Of a stretch of 64,000 nucleotides of DNA, positions 58,973 through 64,000 are shown piece by piece. Within the stretch, counting starts at the first letter, position 1; each line of letters begins with the position of its first letter. This stretch comes from Paraspadella gotoi. Its lineage: Eukaryota > Animalia > Chaetognatha. The notes beneath the pieces are model-generated. The model worked only from the letters and a program-made list of their open reading frames with translations. It was not told the origin of the DNA and did no database searches. Position numbers and translations under genes: made by a program. The DNA lies in NCBI GenBank assembly GCA_051294375.1, contig CM119266.1:1183554-1247553 (forward strand). The letters are read 5' to 3'.

Positions 58973-59235
58973 CATGATTTGACTTGACCACCGTAAGGGC
59001 TGGTCAAAAAAATTTAATTCACCAATTTTAATTTGATTGTTTAAAAATTAATTATTTTATTTTCTTTTTTTGACCAATCCTCACAGCTTTTCCTTTATTA
59101 CCAATCAACTAACAACATTAAATAGTGGCTTCTTTTGAAGGTTTATAATTATTATATTGCTATTTTATTTTTTTAAAAAGTTAAAATAATTTTTGAATAT
59201 TGCATAATTTTTCGAGACCTTGTTAAATCCCACAC

Positions 59236-62034
59236 CTGCGCAACGATACCAATCTTGTTGGCCCATTCCTGACGAGTTCCAGCAGGCATTTCAGTGTCCT
59301 TTTTGTACTTGCCGGTCAGCCAGCCGCCTTTGAGTGGACTCCAGCACAACAGCCCTATTTTTCCACATTACAAACTTCTGTCACCTAGAGTTAAAGCGAG
59401 CTTGTAAAATTAGTAATATTGGTTATTAAAGTCGCTGGTGCTCGCAAGTTGATTAGGCACTTTTTTTGGCCATTTGATAGAACAAGATTTTAAAGAAATT
59501 CTTCTTATTGGCACTGAATAATTTTTTGTTAGACATATTTAACTATATAATAATTGTACTTTTTTAAACAAATGATAATATTTTTTAAGGATATCCAAAT
59601 AAAAATATTGAAAAAAAAACGGAGAAAGTGAGATTGAGAACGAGAGAGTGAGAGTAACACCAAGCAAGCAAATGGGAATACGAGAGTGTGAGAGTAACAC
59701 CAAGAAAGCAAGTGGGAATACGAGAGCGTGAGAGTAACACCAAGCAAGAAAATGGGAATACGAGAGTGTGAGAGTAACACAAGCAAGCAAATGGGAATAC
59801 AAGAATGTGAGAGTAAACACAAGAAAGCAAATGGAATACGAGAGCGTGAGAGTAACACCAAGCAAGCAAATGGGAATACGAGTGTGAGAGTACCACCAAG
59901 CAAGCAAATGGGAATACGAGAGCGTGAGAGTAACACCAAGCAAGAAAATTGGAATACGAGAGTGTGAGAAAGATGTTAGAAAATGAAAAGGAATTAAATG
60001 TCAATGTTAAGTTAGGTTAAGTTAAGTTATGTCAATGTTAAGTTATGCGGTATATTCACGCCGCCTCATCTCCCACTGCATTCAGCCAATACAATTGGCT
60101 CTGAAGGGGAACGGATCTCCCCAACTATGGGCTCCATCTACAGTTTTAACGGCTTCCCTTTGCGTTGTCACAAACGAGTCTTTCCATGGATAAATGCAAC
60201 GGTGACAGTTGGCGTCACTGAGGGTAGGAAGCCCCTAACGTCAACAGGTGAGCTGGGCATTAAAGGGAAACCGGTTGATGCCATAATTTACTATATTATA
60301 TATATTAATGTACCAGGAGAAGCAAAAGAAAAAGAGTGAAGAGATTAGAACAATAGAGCGCTAAGTCCTGTCATGAGATGTCTCTCGCCAGCCCTTCACC
60401 TCATCCTCAATCCCTCTGGCCAGCAGACTGTATTGTATCTGATTGGTCACCATTCTCTCCATCTCCAACCCCATAAACTTGGCGTAGTCGAGATACTTCT
60501 GCAGCTGCCATCCTGTGAGGTTACTGGCGCCGATGTGGCGCACTTTCCCCGAGCGGACAAGGTCGTTCAGCGTCAGCAGGGTCTCCTCGATGGGCGTGCC
60601 TGCGTCCCAACCGTGAATCTGGTAGACGTCTATGTAGTCAGTCTGCGGAAAGGGCAAAAAAAAATAGACTGGTAATAAAACTTCATTAACGAGATTAATT
60701 AAACAAGAAAATGGTACTATCACAAAGACGAAAGATTACGTCACTAATGGTATATTCAAGCAATAAGAAAAAAAATAAAAATGAAAAAAAAACCCCCAAA
60801 ATAGGTCACCGTCCGGAGTTTAATATAGTATTCCTGGATCGAATTGATAAAAGTCCTTTTAGCCGATTGAAAAAAATTTAAATGGAAGCCTAGCGCATTG
60901 TGACTTAATTAACAGGACCGTGAGAGTCTAGGTTTTTATTATACATTATGTTTAATATTTTATGATATTTATAGCCTGTTCAAAGTAAAGAGACAAGTTA
61001 GTAATTAGGACTAAGCTCTGACGAAAAAAGTCAGAGGTTTTTAATATATTTTTTGACCGGCCAATGTAGAATGATGGCAATATTGCTATTTTTAAGTTTC
61101 AAAAAAATCCGACCATAAATATAGAAAATATTAACAAAAATCTTCGGAAAATCAACCCCTTCTTTGGAAGATTTTCGCCATATAAGATTTTTTTCGAATC
61201 TGACTCCTGGTTGAAAACTCTTAGAATTCCGATCGTTAGCTCCTCTTTTACTTTTACTTTAAATAAAAATTTCACCAAAATGGACTAATTCACTTTAACA
61301 TGATCGTATCATATTAAAATAACCAAATTAAATGTAAAGAAAAACTTTGAGAGCCCTTCAGACATATTGCTATCGGATTCCTGAATTCAAAGTTTATTGT
61401 AAAATGACAACATACCTTAAATGCATTGACATTGTATTGAAGTTGAGAAATCCCTTTATTTTATATATAAAAATTGCATCAAAAATATTTTCCTGAGCGG
61501 ACCAGTCCATTTGAATCGAATGGTTCGATGTCAAAATGATGGTTATTTGTCAAGAGAAAAAAAATGCGAGCCCTTCAGATGTAACAGGATCGGAATCGAG
61601 TTTTTTTACATCTATTTTTTACCTGAATTTTTCCCAGGGGCGTTGACATTATTTGGTAGTCAGATTTTAACGAAAATCTCCATTTGAAAAAGTCTTCCTC
61701 GATTTCTAAGAACGATGTAGACTCCTCGTTAGTTTATTTCTCGAATGATTCGCCAATTTCATACTACGAGACAAAAAAAAAAACATAATGGAATTCTTCC
61801 CAAAGTCTCCTCTCACCTTCATTCGCTCCAGACTTCGACTGAGACTCCAAAGCACATGCTTTCTCGAGAGTCCCATCCCATTGGGCGAATCGGGATCCGT
61901 CAAGTAGCGGCATTTCGTCGCAACGATCACGTGCTCCCGGTTTTTCTTTTTTAGCCAAGTTCCTATGATCGATTCTGTGATCCCGGAATTCCGCCCCATC
62001 CCAGGATACGTGTCTGCCGTGTCGATGAAGTTTC
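59236..62034 (-). CDS. Aldo-keto reductase, partial (exons 62034-61817, 60642-60399, 59384-59236)
   Basis: [68 protein letters not shown]. Confidence 0.92.
59640..59967. repeat. ~40-bp minisatellite, ~8 copies, in an AKR intron
   Basis: Unit GAGAGTAACACCAAGCAAGCAAATGGGAATACGAGAGTGT repeated head-to-tail without spacers. Confidence 0.9.
61005..61726 (-). mobile_element. ~715-bp element, copy 2, in an AKR intron
   Basis: Reverse complement of 7983-8699 with few substitutions. Confidence 0.85.
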
Positions 62035-62209
62035 CTAATTAGGAAAGGGGAAAGGTAAGGTGAAGTCACGTGACAAAGCCTTCTTTGTTCGGCACCTATT
62101 TCCAAAAGCGCTCTGTTTTTAGTCCTTAATACTCAAACTTAATTTTAACCGTATAATTGAGACTAATATGGCAACCGTAAGAATGTGAATGCTAGGGGTA
62201 TCTCACCAA

Positions 62210-62289
62210 CTGGCGTAGGGGCTGCGGACCCTCAGTGACCGCATCCTGTCACTGGCATGTTTCGACCGGCTCCGTCACGTTTAAGCCAG
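62210..62289 (-). ncRNA. Candidate type-P5 twister ribozyme, second family
   Basis: Minus strand reads ctggc-ttaa-acgt-GA-CGGA-gccggtc-GAA-acat-GC-cagtgac..gtcactg-AGGG-UCCGCAGC-CCCU-ac-gccag. Confidence 0.5.
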
Positions 62290-62570
62290 AACCCCATGGC
62301 CATATGGCGGGAACGGTTTAGTCAGCCTTGGGTCTTAGCAGAAATGAGGACTAATTTAAATTGAATGTTCTGCAAAGAAATATTGATATAAATTGAATTC
62401 AAAATATAGTATCATAAATGGTAAAAACTTATCTTTAACATTGTTTTCTCATAAATAACATTTAATAACACAGTTCTGCTCAATATGTAAAAGTTAAACG
62501 ACAGTACCATTGGGACACACTGTAGATTTTTATTTTGATTATTCGAAATATCGCGAGGTTAGAGCCACAA

Positions 62571-62617
<47 letters not shown>

Positions 62618-62740
62618 GTTCACTGTGTTAGAGTGTGGACAGAGAGAGGAGAAGAGAGAGAGAGAGAGATTTGTTCACTGTGTTCAGAGTGTGGAACAGA
62701 GAGAGAGAGAGAGAGAGAGAATATGTTCACATGTGTTCAG

Positions 62741-63270
62741 TAAGGCGTAGTAAAGTTACATACGAAAATTCTAAAAGTCAATTATGAACAACATACCATC
62801 CAGTGAACATTAATTTGTAAAAAAATTAATTTTAGTTTTTAATTTTTGCAGTAGGCTATATTTATATAATGTACTATCCTTATAAAATCGAAAAATTTCA
62901 AAATAGGTTTGCTTAATTTTATTGCAGATTTGAATTCTTCGTCAAAAGTTGATAAAAGAAAATATAAATCATTTTTAAAAATTCTTTCATTAAGTGGGTT
63001 AAAAATTAAAAAAACTATATTTAATAGTATAAAAAGTTAATTTTCAGCTTAAAATATAACTCTGCAAATGTGCAAAAAAATCTTAGAAAAAACTGTCTTG
63101 AAATTTTAATATTTATTGGTTTAGTACTAGTATAAATATGGCCTACTGCGTAAATTGTAAAATTTATTATAAATTTTTTTATTACATAAATGTTCATTAG
63201 TGTAATGTTGTTCGTTCCTCACTTTTAGAATTTTAATTAAAGTTAAATTTATAAATTTTACTACGCCTTA
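62741..63270. mobile_element. hAT-type MITE
   Basis: TIR TAAGGCGTAGTAAA...TTTACTACGCCTTA, 8-bp TSD GTGTTCAG (62733-62740 and 63271-63278), and long imperfect subterminal inverted repeats. Confidence 0.85.
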
Positions 63271-63833
63271 GTGTTCAGAGTGTGGACAAGGGCTTCATAT
63301 ATTGTGGGTCGGGGGTCAAGAAACTTGACTCCTCCTCCTTTTTATTCTAGTTTATTATATATAAACTTCTGAGCTAAACTCCTCTTAGATTAGTCTGATT
63401 AAATAAATGTTTTTTTTCGATAATAAACAGGAAACTAAACTCAAAATGGAAATTGGATATATATTTAAATCTCCGGAGAAAGCAATTCATCGCGCAAATT
63501 AAGACAGTTTTAATAAATAACATTAAATCATCTCTACAGGTTGGCTCGCACATCGTATATCTAAAAGCTTTATATTGAAACTCAAAATCACAATTTGCTA
63601 CTAGGTAACTGTTATAATTTATAACCAAAAAAGGGAACCGAATATGAAAATCGAAAACAAGAAACTAAAAAACTAAGTAACAGGTAGAACACGCCATCCC
63701 AATAGCTATTGCCAAAAAAAAAGAATAAATAATTTATAAAAAGAAAATAAAATTCAAAACATTATCAAAGCTATGTACAACCAAATACGATGCGTCAAGT
63801 GAGAATTTACATTTATTTTTTTCGAAGCGTTGC

Positions 63834-63938
<105 letters not shown>

Positions 63939-64000
63939 ATCAGAGGCGTATGAACAATTATTGCATGTTCGCATTAATTCGACCGTGCGCATTTGATACT

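Noticed and set aside
59640-59967. CRISPR-like array
   Set aside because: Head-to-tail minisatellite with no unique spacers and no cas genes, in a eukaryotic intron.
62200-62340. Possible first coding exon of the AKR gene (ends in G|GTGAG)
   Set aside because: The frame required by the next exon contains a stop and has no AKR motif; the segment is better explained as a structured repeat.

Overview
Eukaryotic (very probably invertebrate animal) genomic DNA with GC-rich exons, AT-rich and microsatellite-rich introns, and frequent 1-2 bp indels suggestive of an unpolished long-read assembly. Genes: a matrix metalloproteinase (+), gamma-glutamyl hydrolase (+), a secreted multi-repeat three-finger/LU-like Cys-rich gene (-) head-to-head with CFAP43 (+, RFX X-box in its promoter), phosphatidylserine decarboxylase (+, present twice across an N gap, probably a false duplication) and a partial aldo-keto reductase (-). 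CFAP43 introns hold four tRNA genes, including an intron-containing elongator tRNA-Met, and a full-length Gypsy LTR retrotransposon 40 bp downstream of tRNA-Arg. The most notable signal is a set of candidate self-cleaving ribozymes in repeats. A ~200-bp tRNA-headed SINE carries what folds by eye as a circularly permuted (type-P5) twister ribozyme, and a 5'-truncated copy begins at the predicted cleavage site. A second, unrelated repeat also carries a twister-like fold, and two Penelope-type minimal hammerhead motifs are present. All calls were made by eye; no searches or folding programs were run.
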